A DNA stretch of 61,543 nucleotides from Nitrospirota bacterium (GTDB lineage Bacteria > Nitrospirota > UBA9217). The translations under genes were made by a program, and so were the position numbers. The stretch lies in assembly GCA_029858565.1 (NCBI GenBank), contig JAOUEV010000013.1, positions 1-61,543 on the forward strand, in the 5' to 3' direction. Below, piece by piece: positions 47,916-58,953 of this stretch. The notes below the pieces were generated by a model. The model worked only from the letters and a program-made list of their open reading frames with translations, did not search any database and was not told the DNA's origin. The stretch's first letter is position 1. Every line of letters begins with the position of its first letter.

Positions 47916-49253
47916 CTAACGTTTTCGTCCCACGCCGTAATAAGTGAATCCGTTCTTTTTAAATTCTTCCTGATTCAGGATGTTCCTGCCGTCGAATACC
48001 ACCGGATGCTTCATCAACTTCTTCATCCTTATGATATCGGGCGTACGAAACTCGTTCCACTCCGTGACCAGCGCAAGGGCATCGGCATTCTTCAGCGCTT
48101 CATAAGCATCATCGGAAAGCACGATCCGGTTCTTGAAGATCTTGTATGCCTCCGGCATGGCAACAGGGTCATGTGCGCAAACCTTTGCGCCCGCCCGAAG
48201 CAGATGATTTATAATAACGACCGCCGGCGCCTCGCGCATGTCGTCGGTCTGCGGTTTGAACGATAAACCCCACACCGCAATCGTCCGGCCTGTCAGCGGT
48301 TTCGCTGTCTTGCCACGGCTCTTTGAGGACTTCGCGGAAAAATACCCCTTTATGAGATCAAAGAGCACCCTCTTCTGCCGGTCGTTCACTGACTCAACAG
48401 CCTTAAGCACCCAAGCCTCAACAGCACAATCCTTCGCGGTTTGCACCAGGGCCTTGACGTCCTTGGGAAAACAAGAGCCGCCATATCCCACGCCGGGAAA
48501 CAGGAACTCGAAACCGATACGCTTGTCGTACCCCATGCCTTTGCGCACACTATCGATGTCAGCGCCGAGACTGGCGCAGATATTCGCCATCTCGTTGATG
48601 AACGAGATCTTTGTCGCGAGCATGGCATTCGCCGCGTACTTGGTCATCTCGGAACTTCTGATGTCCATAATAAGGATCGGCCTTCCGGTCCGGACAAATG
48701 GCGCATAGAGCTCATTCATGATGGCGGCGGCCTTTGAACTTTCCGTCCCGATGACCACCCGGTCGGGCATCATGAAGTCATCGATGGCCGCTCCCTCTTT
48801 CAGGAACTCCGGGTTGGAGACCACGTCAAAGGCATGCTTGGTGCGAGATGCCACCGCGGACCTGACCTTATCTCCGGTGCCGACCGGCACGGTGCTCTTG
48901 TTCACGACTACTTTGTATCCGTTCATATGCCTGCCGATCTCACGGGCCGCGGCAAGGACGTATTTCAGGTCCGCGGAACCGTCCTCTCCCGGCGGAGTGC
49001 CCACGGCAATGAATATGACCTCGGCGTTGCGCACCGCCGTGGCTATATCAGTCGTAAAGGACAAGCGGCCGTGCGACACATTGCGTTTGATAAGTTCTTC
49101 AAGTCCCGGCTCATAGATCGGCACTGTCCCTGCGTTGAGCAGCCCGATCTTCCGGGCGTCAATGTCCATGCAGATGACGCGGTTTCCGCTTTCCGCAAGA
49201 CAGGTCCCGGTGACCAGTCCCACATATCCCGTGCCGATGACCGATATTTTCAT
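47916..49253 (-). CDS. ugd: UDP-glucose 6-dehydrogenase
   Basis: [35 protein letters not shown]. Confidence 0.95.
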   Translation of the reverse strand: MKISVIGTGYVGLVTGTCLAESGNRVICMDIDARKIGLLNAGTVPIYEPGLEELIKRNVSHGRLSFTTDIATAVRNAEVIFIAVGTPPGEDGSADLKYVLAAAREIGRHMNGYKVVVNKSTVPVGTGDKVRSAVASRTKHAFDVVSNPEFLKEGAAIDDFMMPDRVVIGTESSKAAAIMNELYAPFVRTGRPILIMDIRSSEMTKYAANAMLATKISFINEMANICASLGADIDSVRKGMGYDKRIGFEFLFPGVGYGGSCFPKDVKALVQTAKDCAVEAWVLKAVESVNDRQKRVLFDLIKGYFSAKSSKSRGKTAKPLTGRTIAVWGLSFKPQTDDMREAPAVVIINHLLRAGAKVCAHDPVAMPEAYKIFKNRIVLSDDAYEALKNADALALVTEWNEFRTPDIIRMKKLMKHPVVFDGRNILNQEEFKKNGFTYYGVGRKR

Positions 49254-49278
49254 AAGTCTCCTTCAGTTCCTTGATGCA

Positions 49279-50430
49279 TCACGAAGATCTTTTTGAATAG
49301 TTTTGATCCAGCCATTTCAGGTATTCGCCGCTCCGCACGGTGTCCACCCACGCACGGTTGTCAAGATACCATTGTACGGTCTCGCGAAGACCCGTTTCGA
49401 ACGTATGCCGCTGCTTCCATCCCAGTTCGGACTTGATCTTGTCACAGTTAATGGCATACCTCCGGTCATGTCCAGGCCGGTCTGCAACATAGGTTATGAG
49501 GTCGCGGTAGCTTCCCAGATCTTTTCGTCCTGCGAGGCGGGGATTGGCCGTTACCGGGCAGAGCCGGTCAAGGGTGTCGCAGAGAGACAACACTACCTCG
49601 ATGTTCTTTCGTTCGCATTCTCCGCCGACATTATAGGTCTCGCCTGCCCTGCCCTGTTCCACGATGCTCCAGACCGCCTCGCAATGGTCCACCACATAGA
49701 GCCAGTCGCGGACGTTCTGACCGTCACCGTAGACCGGCAATGGCTTTCCTTCAAGTGCATTCAGTATCATCAGCGGGATGAGCTTTTCGGGAAAATGGAA
49801 CGGTCCGTAGTTGTTCGAACAGTTCGACAGGGTGACCGGAAGACCATAAGTATGATAATATGCCCGGACAAGATGGTCCGACGCGGCTTTGGAGGCTGAA
49901 TAGGGGCTTCGGGGATCATAGGGTGTCGTTTCGAGAAATGAACCCGTTGGTCCCAGAGACCCGTACACTTCATCGGTGCTGACGTGATGAAAGCGCACAT
50001 CTTGCCGTTTGTTCCATACCTCCCGAGCGGTTTCCAGGAGTTGGAACGTCCCGTTGATATTCGTTTCGACAAATGCCGCTGGTCCGGTGATGGAACGGTC
50101 AACATGACTCTCAGCTGCAAAGTGCACGATCACCGTGATGTTGTGCCTGCCGATGACCTCCCGCAGCTTGTTCCCATCGCAAATGTCTCCGCGCTCGAAG
50201 AAGTACTTGCTACCTCCATGCTTCGCCTCGACATCAACGAGGCTTGAGAGGTTTCCCGCATAGGTAAGCTTGTCGTAATTCACTATCGTGCCGCGGAAAT
50301 CATCACGCGACAGTACCGTGCGGATGAAGTTCGATCCAATGAACCCTGCCCCGCCTGTCACGAGAATGGTCGAATTGCGGAACGGTCCCGCTCCTGCTCC
50401 CGGTGTTCCCTTGGCATTGTCCCTGCTCAC
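49279..50430 (-). CDS. rfbB: dTDP-glucose 4,6-dehydratase
   Basis: [34 protein letters not shown]; GTG start overlapping the rfbD stop. Confidence 0.95.
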   Translation of the reverse strand: MSRDNAKGTPGAGAGPFRNSTILVTGGAGFIGSNFIRTVLSRDDFRGTIVNYDKLTYAGNLSSLVDVEAKHGGSKYFFERGDICDGNKLREVIGRHNITVIVHFAAESHVDRSITGPAAFVETNINGTFQLLETAREVWNKRQDVRFHHVSTDEVYGSLGPTGSFLETTPYDPRSPYSASKAASDHLVRAYYHTYGLPVTLSNCSNNYGPFHFPEKLIPLMILNALEGKPLPVYGDGQNVRDWLYVVDHCEAVWSIVEQGRAGETYNVGGECERKNIEVVLSLCDTLDRLCPVTANPRLAGRKDLGSYRDLITYVADRPGHDRRYAINCDKIKSELGWKQRHTFETGLRETVQWYLDNRAWVDTVRSGEYLKWLDQNYSKRSS

Positions 50431-51272
50431 GAATGTCCTCTTAAAAAAGACCGCACCGCATCTTCCCACGAGGGAATGCTGATACCGGTCAACGCTCCTA
50501 TCGCGCGATTGTCCATGGCTGAGAATGCCGGACGCTTCGCCGGAAGCGGAAATGACGCCATGGTGACCGGCCGGATGAACTTATCGATCCCCATTTCTTT
50601 GACAATGAGTTTCGCCCATTCATAGCGTGAACAGTATCCGCTGTTCGTCAAATGGAACATCCCTGTGGCGCCCCGCTGCACAGCACGCAGTGTCACATCC
50701 ACGACCGTTTCCGTGGAAGTGGGCACGGAGAACTCGTCGCAGGTCACCTTCAGGGGTCCGCTGCGCGCTGACCACTCAATCAGCTTGACAATGAAGTTCT
50801 GCTTGCCTTCCCCAAAGACCCAGCTGAGCCGAAGCACCAGGGACTTGTCATTGTTCCGAAGCGCGTTCTCTTCGCCCTGACGTTTGCTTGATCCGTAGAC
50901 ACTGAGCGGATTCGGGGTGTCATCCTCGCGGTACAGGCCCGTTTCCTTGCTGCCGTCGAAAACATAGTCTGATCCGAAATGCACGAAATACGCTCCGCAT
51001 GCTTGTGCTGCCTCGGCCAGGATGGCCGGCCCAACCGCGTTAACCTTGAAAGCGGTATCGCGGTCTTCCTCGGCGCGGTCCACCAGATTATAGGCCGCGC
51101 AGTTGATGACCACATCCGGTCGATAGCTTGTCATCAGCTCACGTATCTTGACCGGGTCCGTGATATCCGCAACGTTCTCGTCCGGCGCCGCATGATCCGT
51201 TCCCGAAGACTCGAACCGTCTAAGGAACGACCGCGCAAGCTGTCCGTTCTTTCCCGTAACCAGGTATCTCAT
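50427..51272 (-). CDS. rfbD: dTDP-4-dehydrorhamnose reductase
   Basis: [33 protein letters not shown]. Confidence 0.93.
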   Translation of the reverse strand: MRYLVTGKNGQLARSFLRRFESSGTDHAAPDENVADITDPVKIRELMTSYRPDVVINCAAYNLVDRAEEDRDTAFKVNAVGPAILAEAAQACGAYFVHFGSDYVFDGSKETGLYREDDTPNPLSVYGSSKRQGEENALRNNDKSLVLRLSWVFGEGKQNFIVKLIEWSARSGPLKVTCDEFSVPTSTETVVDVTLRAVQRGATGMFHLTNSGYCSRYEWAKLIVKEMGIDKFIRPVTMASFPLPAKRPAFSAMDNRAIGALTGISIPSWEDAVRSFLRGHS

Positions 51273-51829
51273 TCCGCGTATTTGAAGTTGATGTCCGCGT
51301 CCCGAAGCCGGGGATGGACAATATCCTTTCCCGACAGGAGCGGCTCGCCGGTCTGCCAGGGAATGGCGATCTCGGGATCGTTCCAGATGATGCCCCGGTC
51401 GTTCTCCGGTGAGTACTCCTCGGTGCACTTATACAGGATGTCCGCGGTTTCGCTCAATGTCAGGAATCCGTGGGCAAAACCCGCAGGAACATAGAGCATC
51501 TTCCGGTTGTCCGCGGAAAGTTCCTGGCCGATCCATTTGCCGTAGAAAGGAGATCCTTTCCTGATGTCCACGGCAACATCGAAGATCTCTCCGGCTATGC
51601 AGCGGACCAGCTTGCCCTGCGCCTTCGGGTTTTTCTGGTAGTGCAGTCCCCGCAGCACCCCACGCGACGAGCGGGAATAATTATCCTGGACAAAATGCTC
51701 GGGGATCCCGGCACGGACAAAATCCGAATGTTTGTACAGCTCAAGAAAAAAACCGCGCCCGTCCCCGAAGACCGCTGGTTCCACCAGGACCGGGCCAGGG
51801 ATATCGAAACTATTGAACTTAAAGGGCAC
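51269..51829 (-). CDS. rfbC: dTDP-4-dehydrorhamnose 3,5-epimerase
   Basis: [28 protein letters not shown]. Confidence 0.95.
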   Translation of the reverse strand: MPFKFNSFDIPGPVLVEPAVFGDGRGFFLELYKHSDFVRAGIPEHFVQDNYSRSSRGVLRGLHYQKNPKAQGKLVRCIAGEIFDVAVDIRKGSPFYGKWIGQELSADNRKMLYVPAGFAHGFLTLSETADILYKCTEEYSPENDRGIIWNDPEIAIPWQTGEPLLSGKDIVHPRLRDADINFKYAE

Positions 51830-52715
51830 CGGGAACCCCCTGCTCTGCCACCATCCGCAGGTACTGACCATAGGCGTTCTTCTGATGATCATCGGCCGCT
51901 TTGAGCAGCTGCTGTTTGTCAATATATCCCAGCAGGAAGGAGATCTCTTCGATGCAGGCAAGCTTCAGCCCCTGCCGCCGCTCGATCGTGGCAATGAATT
52001 CTCCTGCCTCAAGCAGGCTTTCATGAGTTCCCGTGTCCAGCCAGGCATAACCCCGCCCCATCAGTTCGACGCGAAGTTTTTTATTGGCAAGATATTCACT
52101 GTTCACATCAGTGATCTCCAGTTCGCCCCGGAGCGACGGTTTGATCCCTTTGGCGATCTTGATTACTTCGTTATCATAGAAGTACAGCCCGGTCACCGCG
52201 TAGCGTGACCGCGGGTTCTTTGGTTTTTCCTCGACCGACAGCACCTTTCCCCTCTGGTCGAACTCCACGATACCGTAGCGCTCGGGATCCTTCACATAAT
52301 AGCCGAACACGGTAGCACCGCCAACGGTATTAACGTCGTTCACCGCGCGCTGAAGAAGTTCACGCAATCCCTGGCCGTAAAAGATGTTGTCCCCCAGGAC
52401 CAGGCAGACAGGATCAGAGCCGATGAACTCTTCACCGATCCGGAACGCCTCGGCAAGGCCATTCGGCTTCTGCTGCTCCGCGTAGGAAAACCTTAGTCCC
52501 AGGTCGCTTCCATCCCGGAACACGTCCCGGAAGCGCGGCAAGTCAAGCGGAGTGGAAATGATCAGGATGTCACGGATGCCGGCAAGCATTAAGACCGACA
52601 AGGGATAATAGATCATGGGCTTGTCGTAAACCGGGAGAAGCTGCTTGCAGACGCCTCGGGTGATAGGGTATAAGCGTGTGCCGCTCCCGCCTGCAAGGAT
52701 GATCCCTTTCATCAA
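51819..52715 (-). CDS. rfbA: Glucose-1-phosphate thymidylyltransferase
   Basis: [31 protein letters not shown]. Confidence 0.96.
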   Translation of the reverse strand: MMKGIILAGGSGTRLYPITRGVCKQLLPVYDKPMIYYPLSVLMLAGIRDILIISTPLDLPRFRDVFRDGSDLGLRFSYAEQQKPNGLAEAFRIGEEFIGSDPVCLVLGDNIFYGQGLRELLQRAVNDVNTVGGATVFGYYVKDPERYGIVEFDQRGKVLSVEEKPKNPRSRYAVTGLYFYDNEVIKIAKGIKPSLRGELEITDVNSEYLANKKLRVELMGRGYAWLDTGTHESLLEAGEFIATIERRQGLKLACIEEISFLLGYIDKQQLLKAADDHQKNAYGQYLRMVAEQGVPGAL

Positions 52716-53722
52716 GCCCTGCCCCCTTTGCGGTCATGGATCCGTTGTTTGAGCTCGGTAGGTGTGACGGTGGCCGTTCCCACTACTGCCACAACGATGC
52801 CGGCAGCGAAATTGGAAAGACGGGCCGCGTCTATCGTGGAAGCTCCCGCGGCCATGGCAAGGGTGAGCGTGCTGATGACCGTATCCCCTGCGCCGGTCAC
52901 GTCAAAAACGTCCCGCGCTTCGGTCGGGATATGGATGACCCGGCCGCTTCGTTCGAAAAGGCTCATGCCATGCTCTCCGCGAGTGATCAGAACCGCCTCA
53001 CAGGAAAGCTTCGCGAGAAGCCCCTTGCCTGCCCGCAGGAGACTCGCTTCGTCCTCGATATCGATGCGTGAACCGATGGACGCCTCCTTGGTGTTCGGCG
53101 TTAATATAGTCACGCCGCTGTAGATGCCGAAGTGGGACACCTTGGGGTCCACGGATACCACGATCTTCCTCCGCCGGGCCAGCTTGACGATGTCCCTGAC
53201 AAGGTCACGGGTGACAACGCCCTTGCAGTAGTCGGAGATGACTATGGCATCCAGCCCTTCCGCAGCCTTTTCGGTTATATGGCTGAGGATCTGCCGATGA
53301 GCATCCCTGCCGATGCCCTGTTTGGTCTCACGGTCGAATCTCACCACCTGTTGATGGTGGGCAATCACCCGTGTCTTGATGGTCGTCGGCCGCTGGGTGT
53401 CAACGATCAGACCATCCGTGGCGATCCCCTTCTCCTTCATCATATGCTGGAGGCGCTTGCCCGCATCATCGTGTCCGATGACACCGCAGACGCCGACAAT
53501 GCCTCCGAGAGACCAGATATTGTTCACCACATTGGCGGCAGCGCCCAAAAGCAGGGTCTCACGGGTTACATTGACCACCGGCACCGGCGCTTCAGGTGAT
53601 ATGCGGGACACATTGCCCCAGATATAATGATCAAGCATCACATCGCCGACGACCAATACCCGCGTTTTAGGAAACAGGTCAATGTACTTTGTCAAACGTT
53701 TTGCCTCTGCGAACATCGTCAT
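52712..53722 (-). CDS. rfaE1: D-glycero-D-manno-heptose-7-phosphate kinase (RfaE1/HldA)
   Basis: [32 protein letters not shown]. Confidence 0.9.
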   Translation of the reverse strand: MTMFAEAKRLTKYIDLFPKTRVLVVGDVMLDHYIWGNVSRISPEAPVPVVNVTRETLLLGAAANVVNNIWSLGGIVGVCGVIGHDDAGKRLQHMMKEKGIATDGLIVDTQRPTTIKTRVIAHHQQVVRFDRETKQGIGRDAHRQILSHITEKAAEGLDAIVISDYCKGVVTRDLVRDIVKLARRRKIVVSVDPKVSHFGIYSGVTILTPNTKEASIGSRIDIEDEASLLRAGKGLLAKLSCEAVLITRGEHGMSLFERSGRVIHIPTEARDVFDVTGAGDTVISTLTLAMAAGASTIDAARLSNFAAGIVVAVVGTATVTPTELKQRIHDRKGGRA

Positions 53723-54540
53723 CGCGCTGATCCCCCGGGTATCATTTCGGTCAGGGTCGCCACGATCGAACCGATCGTGATGGTGCTTTTCATCAGCACC
53801 GGGACCCTGCGGCTGTCATCGGTCAACCACATGAAAATCTCTCCCTTGTGCATGAAGACCCCCTCATACTTCGGATAGGTCCTCACTTTGATCGTATCGA
53901 ACTCGCCCACAGGGGTCTTGATGCGCTCCCTCCCCAGGACCTGAATCTCCACTGCCCAGTTCTTACCGCTGTCATGAACGTCGAAGACAATGGTCTTGCC
54001 CGGCTCCAGGTCCTGACGGGACCGGAGATAGTAGAGCGATGAAAGCGCATCCTGAGTCTGTGCCGGGATATCAAGGACCTCCTGCACACCGTCAGCTCTA
54101 TACGTCACTTTGTTCCGCTCCCGGTCAAAGTGCAGCTCGCGCTTCTTCTTTCGTTTCCCGTGGCTCTGATCAAGGAAATAACTCAAGCTCTGGCGGGTCC
54201 GGGGATCGAAGAGGCTCTGGACCGTATCACGCACCGGATAGACCGAATCCACCATGCCGATGGACCGGGCCGTGGAAACGATCCGGAGCAATTCCCTGCC
54301 GTCCGCTTTTTCCCGCCGAACCTCCATTACCGCGGTCCCTGCGCTGAACACCTTGGACCAGCTGATGGTATAGGTCAATTTTTCACCCGCCAATACAGGT
54401 TCGGGAACGCTCTGCGGGGATATTTCGGGTACTTGCTTCGATGCTCCCGAGCCTCCTGATACAAATGTCAGAAGCAGTGAGCAAGAGACCACAAGCAAGC
54501 CCATCTGTCGGGAAAACAAGAACAATTTCCGTGAGTTCAT
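53719..54540 (-). CDS. DUF3108-family secreted protein
   Basis: GEKLTYTISW, QDALSSLYYLR, KTPVGEFDT, WLTDDSRRVPV. Confidence 0.8.
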   Translation of the reverse strand: MNSRKLFLFSRQMGLLVVSCSLLLTFVSGGSGASKQVPEISPQSVPEPVLAGEKLTYTISWSKVFSAGTAVMEVRREKADGRELLRIVSTARSIGMVDSVYPVRDTVQSLFDPRTRQSLSYFLDQSHGKRKKKRELHFDRERNKVTYRADGVQEVLDIPAQTQDALSSLYYLRSRQDLEPGKTIVFDVHDSGKNWAVEIQVLGRERIKTPVGEFDTIKVRTYPKYEGVFMHKGEIFMWLTDDSRRVPVLMKSTITIGSIVATLTEMIPGGSAR

Positions 54541-54686
54541 CGGGCTTCATAATAGGGGAAAGCTTGCTTTTTGTAAAGAACATTTTCTTTCCGCCGGAGG
54601 CGATATCGCCGAATTTGCCTTTCATGTTGCGCTTACCGGTGAATTGGAATATGATTCACCTTGGTGTGAAAATAACGACTTCTGAC

Positions 54687-55691
54687 ATGAAAATCATCCC
54701 CTACCGGAACATCCTGGTCATCAAACCCGGGGCGATCGGAGACCTGCTCCAGATGACTCCGGTTTTCCGCCTTCTGAAGCAGGCCTATCCAGACAGTCGC
54801 ATCACGCTCATGGTCGGCTCCGCCGGCTCAGCAGATATTTTTTTGAACAATCCCAACATCACAGAAGTGATCATCTACGATAGAAAAGGACTTCACCGAT
54901 CCCTCACGGGAATGCTCAGCCTCTGGAAAGACCTCCGATCGCGCAAGTTTGACCTCATACTGAACTTTCAGAGGAGCAATATCCGGACCTGGCTCCTTGC
55001 TGCGGCAGCATTGCCCTGCCGCATTCTTGTATACCACAAGGCTGAAAAGCGAACCATCCATGCTGTGGAAAACTATCTTGAGACCATTGCGCCGCTCGGT
55101 ATAACTACGGACGATATTCACCTGGACTTTATCGTCCGACCGGAAGCGCTCAAGATCGCCAAAAGTCTGCTACACGACACAACAGCTGGCACCGGACCGA
55201 TAGTCATTCTCAATCCCGGCGCATCCCATCCCGTCAACCGATGGCCCGCCCGCAAGTTCGCGGAACTGACCGATCTTGCAGTGTCGCGTCTGCAGGCCCG
55301 CATCGTTATCATTGGGGGACCTGGAGATGAGGAGCTTGCCGGGAAGATCGTAACCCTCTGCAAGTCTCATCCGCTCTCGCTCGCGGGGAAAACACCTCTT
55401 CCGGTGCTTGCCGCAGTACTCAAGCAGAGCGATATTCTGGTGAGTGGCGACACCGGCCCAATGCATCTCGCAACAGCCGTCGGCGCGCCGGTGATCGCGC
55501 TCTTTGGCGCCGCTGATCCCCTGCGCACCGGGCCTGTCGGTCTTCGTACGATGGTGCTGCAGGCCGGCACACCGTCCTGCATTCCCTGCCGCAGCCGGTC
55601 CTGCGGCAATTCTCGGCACCTTGCGTGCATGGAAAACATATCTGCTGAAGAGGTATGCGACAGTATCACGAGGATGCTCGGAAAGCCGTGA
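54687..55691 (+). CDS. Glycosyltransferase family 9 (LPS heptosyltransferase-like)
   Basis: GAIGDLL, NPGAS..RWP, GDTGPMHLA, LFG. Confidence 0.9.
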   Translation: MKIIPYRNILVIKPGAIGDLLQMTPVFRLLKQAYPDSRITLMVGSAGSADIFLNNPNITEVIIYDRKGLHRSLTGMLSLWKDLRSRKFDLILNFQRSNIRTWLLAAAALPCRILVYHKAEKRTIHAVENYLETIAPLGITTDDIHLDFIVRPEALKIAKSLLHDTTAGTGPIVILNPGASHPVNRWPARKFAELTDLAVSRLQARIVIIGGPGDEELAGKIVTLCKSHPLSLAGKTPLPVLAAVLKQSDILVSGDTGPMHLATAVGAPVIALFGAADPLRTGPVGLRTMVLQAGTPSCIPCRSRSCGNSRHLACMENISAEEVCDSITRMLGKP

Positions 55692-55813
55692 TATACTCGG
55701 AATGGGGAATATGACGCACGTCATGGCCGGCCGTTGGGGACCGGGTTAGACTGGGCGTGTACTATAACTCCCTGTCGGAGAACATAAACATCCCCGAAGA
55801 AAGGCGGTTCACT

Positions 55814-55996
55814 ATGGCAGATCCAACGGTAAATATGGACCTTTGTATCGGTTGCGGGCTGTGTGTCGAACTTTGTCCCAAAGTGTTCGAACTGAAGGAT
55901 GACAAAGCCTGGGTCAAGGACCCGGCTGGCTGTGCATCATGCGATTGTCAGCAGGCCGTGGACAGCTGTCCGGTGCAAGCCATCACCCTGGAGTGA
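55814..55996 (+). CDS. Single-cluster ferredoxin
   Basis: CIGCGLCVELCP...SCPVQAI. Confidence 0.9.
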   Translation: MADPTVNMDLCIGCGLCVELCPKVFELKDDKAWVKDPAGCASCDCQQAVDSCPVQAITLE

Positions 55997-56096
55997 TCTC
56001 GGTCCGCTTTCACCCTGCAGGGGAAGGACTTTCGCAGCCATGGTCCTTCCCTGCTTTTTCCTGATTCAGCAATCGATCAGATGCGAGGTGGATGAA

Positions 56097-56414
56097 ATGA
56101 AAGGACGCGTCCTACGGTTTTCATCATTTTCTGCCATCATACTTGCAGCCTCTGTTGCCGCCTGTGCTGACAACTCAGCAGGCGCGAAGATTTTCCAGCG
56201 GGAAAAATGCATGGACTGCCACACCATGAAAGGCAGGGGCGGCGCCGTAGGGCCAAATCTCACGACCGTGGGAGCGAGGCGTAACAGCGCCTATATCCGG
56301 GAACAGATCAGGAATCCCTCATCTCAGAATCCGAACACGGCCATGCCGTCGTTCAAGGACCTGTCCGAGCAGGATATGGACAAACTTGTCGAGTATCTCT
56401 CGAATCGCAAGTGA
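56097..56414 (+). CDS. Monoheme cytochrome c
   Basis: Signal peptide, CMDCH, GPNL, TAMPSF. Confidence 0.88.
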   Translation: MKGRVLRFSSFSAIILAASVAACADNSAGAKIFQREKCMDCHTMKGRGGAVGPNLTTVGARRNSAYIREQIRNPSSQNPNTAMPSFKDLSEQDMDKLVEYLSNRK

Positions 56415-57790
56415 CCGCAAACAGCGGCAGTATGGCCATTTTCCGGCGATGATTTCCCTTGACAAGTTTGGATGTTTCGCCGATTATTCGTCCAGCCATC
56501 TGCACGCCGCTGTGGCGGAACTGGCAGACGCAAGGGACTTAAAATCCCTCGGGGGGCGACTCCCGTACCGGTTCGATCCCGGTCAGCGGCACCAATAATA
56601 TCAAGCGGTTGTGATAAATTCTCACCCGCGCCCGGTTCGCCCGAACCGTCCACTTTGCCAGCACTTTGCACATTGGCACGCACAATCGGGGTTTTGGCCG
56701 CGATCCGCGCCTGTTCCTGCCGGTGAAGTTCCATCACCTTTTCCGAAGCGCTCTTCAGGTCTGCTTCGTTCACGATGTTGTAACGGTCGAACACTGATCG
56801 CGTCTTGTGCCCCGAGATTTTCATAGCCACTCTCTCGGGCACCCCTGCGCGAATCATGTTCCTGACCGCCGTCCTTCTCAAATCGTGAAACAGCTTACCG
56901 GTTAATCCGGCCTTCTCGCACGCTGTATCCCAGGAATCGTAGAAATGCCCCATTCTGAGCCCGCGAAGCGTGAATACATGCGGATGCTTCGGGATTTCCT
57001 CTCCGGCCCTGTTTTCTGCCTTCTCCGCGCTCCCCCATAGCCTGTAAATGGCCTGATAGAGTTCGCTGGCAAGGTAAATCACCCGCGCTTCGTCGTTCTT
57101 CGTGGTTCCTGCATCGAGCGTGATCTTGCCTTCCTTGAGATTGACCTTTTCCCAAGTAAGGGAAAGTATCTCTTGCTTCCGCATCCCGGTGTAGTACCCC
57201 ATCATGAAAACCGGCTTCACGTAGTCCGGCAGTTCTTCCAGGAGCCGCCGGTATTCTTCATGCTCGAAATAGCCGGTCCTGACGTTGTTCTCTTTAAGGT
57301 GCGGTATGTATGGCCGGTTAATGACTTTCGGCGGGGTCTGTCGCGTTCCCAGGGAGTACATGCGTTTCAAGGCCGACAATTCCCGGTTGATCGTTGAATT
57401 TTCCGCTTTGGCTTCCTGCCGCTTTCGGATATAGACGTTGATCTTGTGCGTGGTGATCTCTGCTGCAGGTTGGCCCGCGAAGGACTTCTTGAGATGGTTT
57501 ATGCTGCGCTGCGCCCGTGCGATCGATTTTTTCCCGTTCATCCGGTAATCTTCGATAACATCGGTTGCCAGTTCGTCAAACGTAACCTTGCCGATCCTCA
57601 GGCCGGGAAAGCGATGATCCACAACAGCGCCTTCCCGCGATTTCAGCATCTTCTGAGCTTCGCGGTAATCCGTGGTTTTCGTTGTTTCGCGGATAAGCTG
57701 GTTGTTCCAGTAATACCGCAGCGACCAATAAGGCGACTCTTTAACCGATCCATCGGCGGCCCTGTACTTCGACTTGAATAGCGTCCCCAA
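56324..57790 (-). CDS. Phage-type tyrosine integrase; ORF runs through the tRNA/att site
   Basis: TTG start 57790; TGMRKQEI, TTKN, FHDLRRT, ISGHKTRSVFDRY; no stop before the tRNA. Confidence 0.88.
   Translation of the reverse strand: MGTLFKSKYRAADGSVKESPYWSLRYYWNNQLIRETTKTTDYREAQKMLKSREGAVVDHRFPGLRIGKVTFDELATDVIEDYRMNGKKSIARAQRSINHLKKSFAGQPAAEITTHKINVYIRKRQEAKAENSTINRELSALKRMYSLGTRQTPPKVINRPYIPHLKENNVRTGYFEHEEYRRLLEELPDYVKPVFMMGYYTGMRKQEILSLTWEKVNLKEGKITLDAGTTKNDEARVIYLASELYQAIYRLWGSAEKAENRAGEEIPKHPHVFTLRGLRMGHFYDSWDTACEKAGLTGKLFHDLRRTAVRNMIRAGVPERVAMKISGHKTRSVFDRYNIVNEADLKSASEKVMELHRQEQARIAAKTPIVRANVQSAGKVDGSGEPGAGENLSQPLDIIGAADRDRTGTGVAPRGILSPLRLPVPPQRRADGWTNNRRNIQTCQGKSSPENGHTAAVCGHLRFERYSTSLSISCSDRSLNDGMAVFGF
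56506..56594 (+). tRNA. tRNA-Leu(UAA)
   Basis: GCCGCTG/CAGCGGC acceptor stem, anticodon arm AGGGA-CTTAAAA-TCCCT, long variable arm, GTTCGAT T-loop, ACCA end. Confidence 0.96.
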
Positions 57791-57797
57791 TTCCGCC

Positions 57798-58010
57798 TCA
57801 CCCCCTTGCCCGTGACGGTCTGCCCGCGTGAGGTTTCTGACCAATCCGCTTTTTCGTACACTCAAGGGCCAGGTGCAGAAAAGGCGGAATAGCTCTATAA
57901 CCGCGCTCCCATCGGCTGATAGTAAGCGTGGTGACGCACAAGACTTTGGCAAGTTGACTTTGGCTATAGTTATTCTTCTTCCGCCATTTCTTGAGGTCCG
58001 CGGGCGTCAT
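57798..58010 (-). CDS. Small XRE/Cro-like HTH protein
   Basis: DLKKWRKKNNYSQSQLAKVLCVTTLTISRWERG. Confidence 0.8.
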   Translation of the reverse strand: MTPADLKKWRKKNNYSQSQLAKVLCVTTLTISRWERGYRAIPPFLHLALECTKKRIGQKPHAGRPSRARG

Positions 58011-58054
58011 GGTTATATTATAGTCCGTTGGCTAGCAGGCCGTCAAGTTCAATT

Positions 58055-58270
58055 TCACGATGCTGCCCGCGTCTTGCTGTCGGCAATCCAGGTATTCAAA
58101 TCCAAAATATCGAAGAGTATCCTTTTCCCGTCCTTGATGAATGGCAGCTTCCCCCTGTATCGCATTTCCCGCACAGCCCACAGGGACCGCCCGAGATATT
58201 GCGCCGCTTCCTTTTCGGAAAAGAGGCGCTTTGAAAGCTGCAAAGGGTCTGTGCATCCAACGTGATTCAT
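58055..58270 (-). CDS. Excisionase-like HTH (MerR-type) protein
   Basis: LFSEKEAAQYLGRS..VREMRYRGKLPFIKDGKRILFD..DLNTWI. Confidence 0.8.
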   Translation of the reverse strand: MNHVGCTDPLQLSKRLFSEKEAAQYLGRSLWAVREMRYRGKLPFIKDGKRILFDILDLNTWIADSKTRAAS

Positions 58271-58275
58271 TATCT

Positions 58276-58719
58276 CTACTCCGCATCCATTGACAGCGGC
58301 ATGATTGCAGCTTCATCAAGTTCCGCGATTGACGGTGGCTGCCAGGGTGCCCGTCTGCCTGCCTTGCCTGTGTTCCCTTCTTTGTACTGCTCCCGGATAT
58401 AGGCAAGATATCCTTTGATCCCCGCTTCCAGGTCAAAGCGGCCATGAGCAATAACGGGAATCACGCCATGTTTCGCAAGATAGAATATCTGCCCTTTCGT
58501 AAGCCCGAGATATTGCCCCAGGTCATCGGCATTGCAGGGAATCTCCGCCGGTGCCCGCCATGCTTCCAGGTGCTTCACGTAGCACAACAGAGATTCGACA
58601 AGGTTATAATCGCCCCTGCCGTCTTTTTTCAGCACGCCCTCTTTTGCAAGCTGCTGAATCCGGCGCGGGGTAAGATCAAGCATCTGCGAAATGGTATCAA
58701 CGTTCACCGTGTCTTGCAT
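58276..58719 (-). CDS. Protein with two tandem Nu1/TerS-like winged-HTH domains
   Basis: ISQMLDLTPRRIQQLAKEGVL..GRGDYNL..Y and LGQYLGLTKGQIFYLAKHGVI..GRFDL..Y. Confidence 0.6.
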   Translation of the reverse strand: MQDTVNVDTISQMLDLTPRRIQQLAKEGVLKKDGRGDYNLVESLLCYVKHLEAWRAPAEIPCNADDLGQYLGLTKGQIFYLAKHGVIPVIAHGRFDLEAGIKGYLAYIREQYKEGNTGKAGRRAPWQPPSIAELDEAAIMPLSMDAE

Positions 58720-58784
58720 TCTGAATATCCCTTTCTTTCGACGAAACGAATTGCCCGCTTTTCCCTGTTCAGCTATACAGATAT

Positions 58785-58828
58785 CGCGGGTTTAATGATC
58801 CGCATGGGGTAGAGGTCTGGAAGGACCC
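58785..58828 (-). other. Putative lambda-like cos site (cosQ + cosN)
   Basis: Minus strand GGGTCCT, then 21 nt ending TGCG, a 12-nt core GATCATTAAACC, then CGCG; upstream of the TerS-like gene. Confidence 0.5.
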
Positions 58829-58953
58829 ATGAATTTTAAAGCGTGTCCATCGTGTAAGATTTTATTTTCCCCGCGCTTGATTCGTTCGTTGACATTGATT
58901 GAAGACCACACCCTTTAGGAAATCGGCACTTCCCTCATCACCTCACACAGCGA

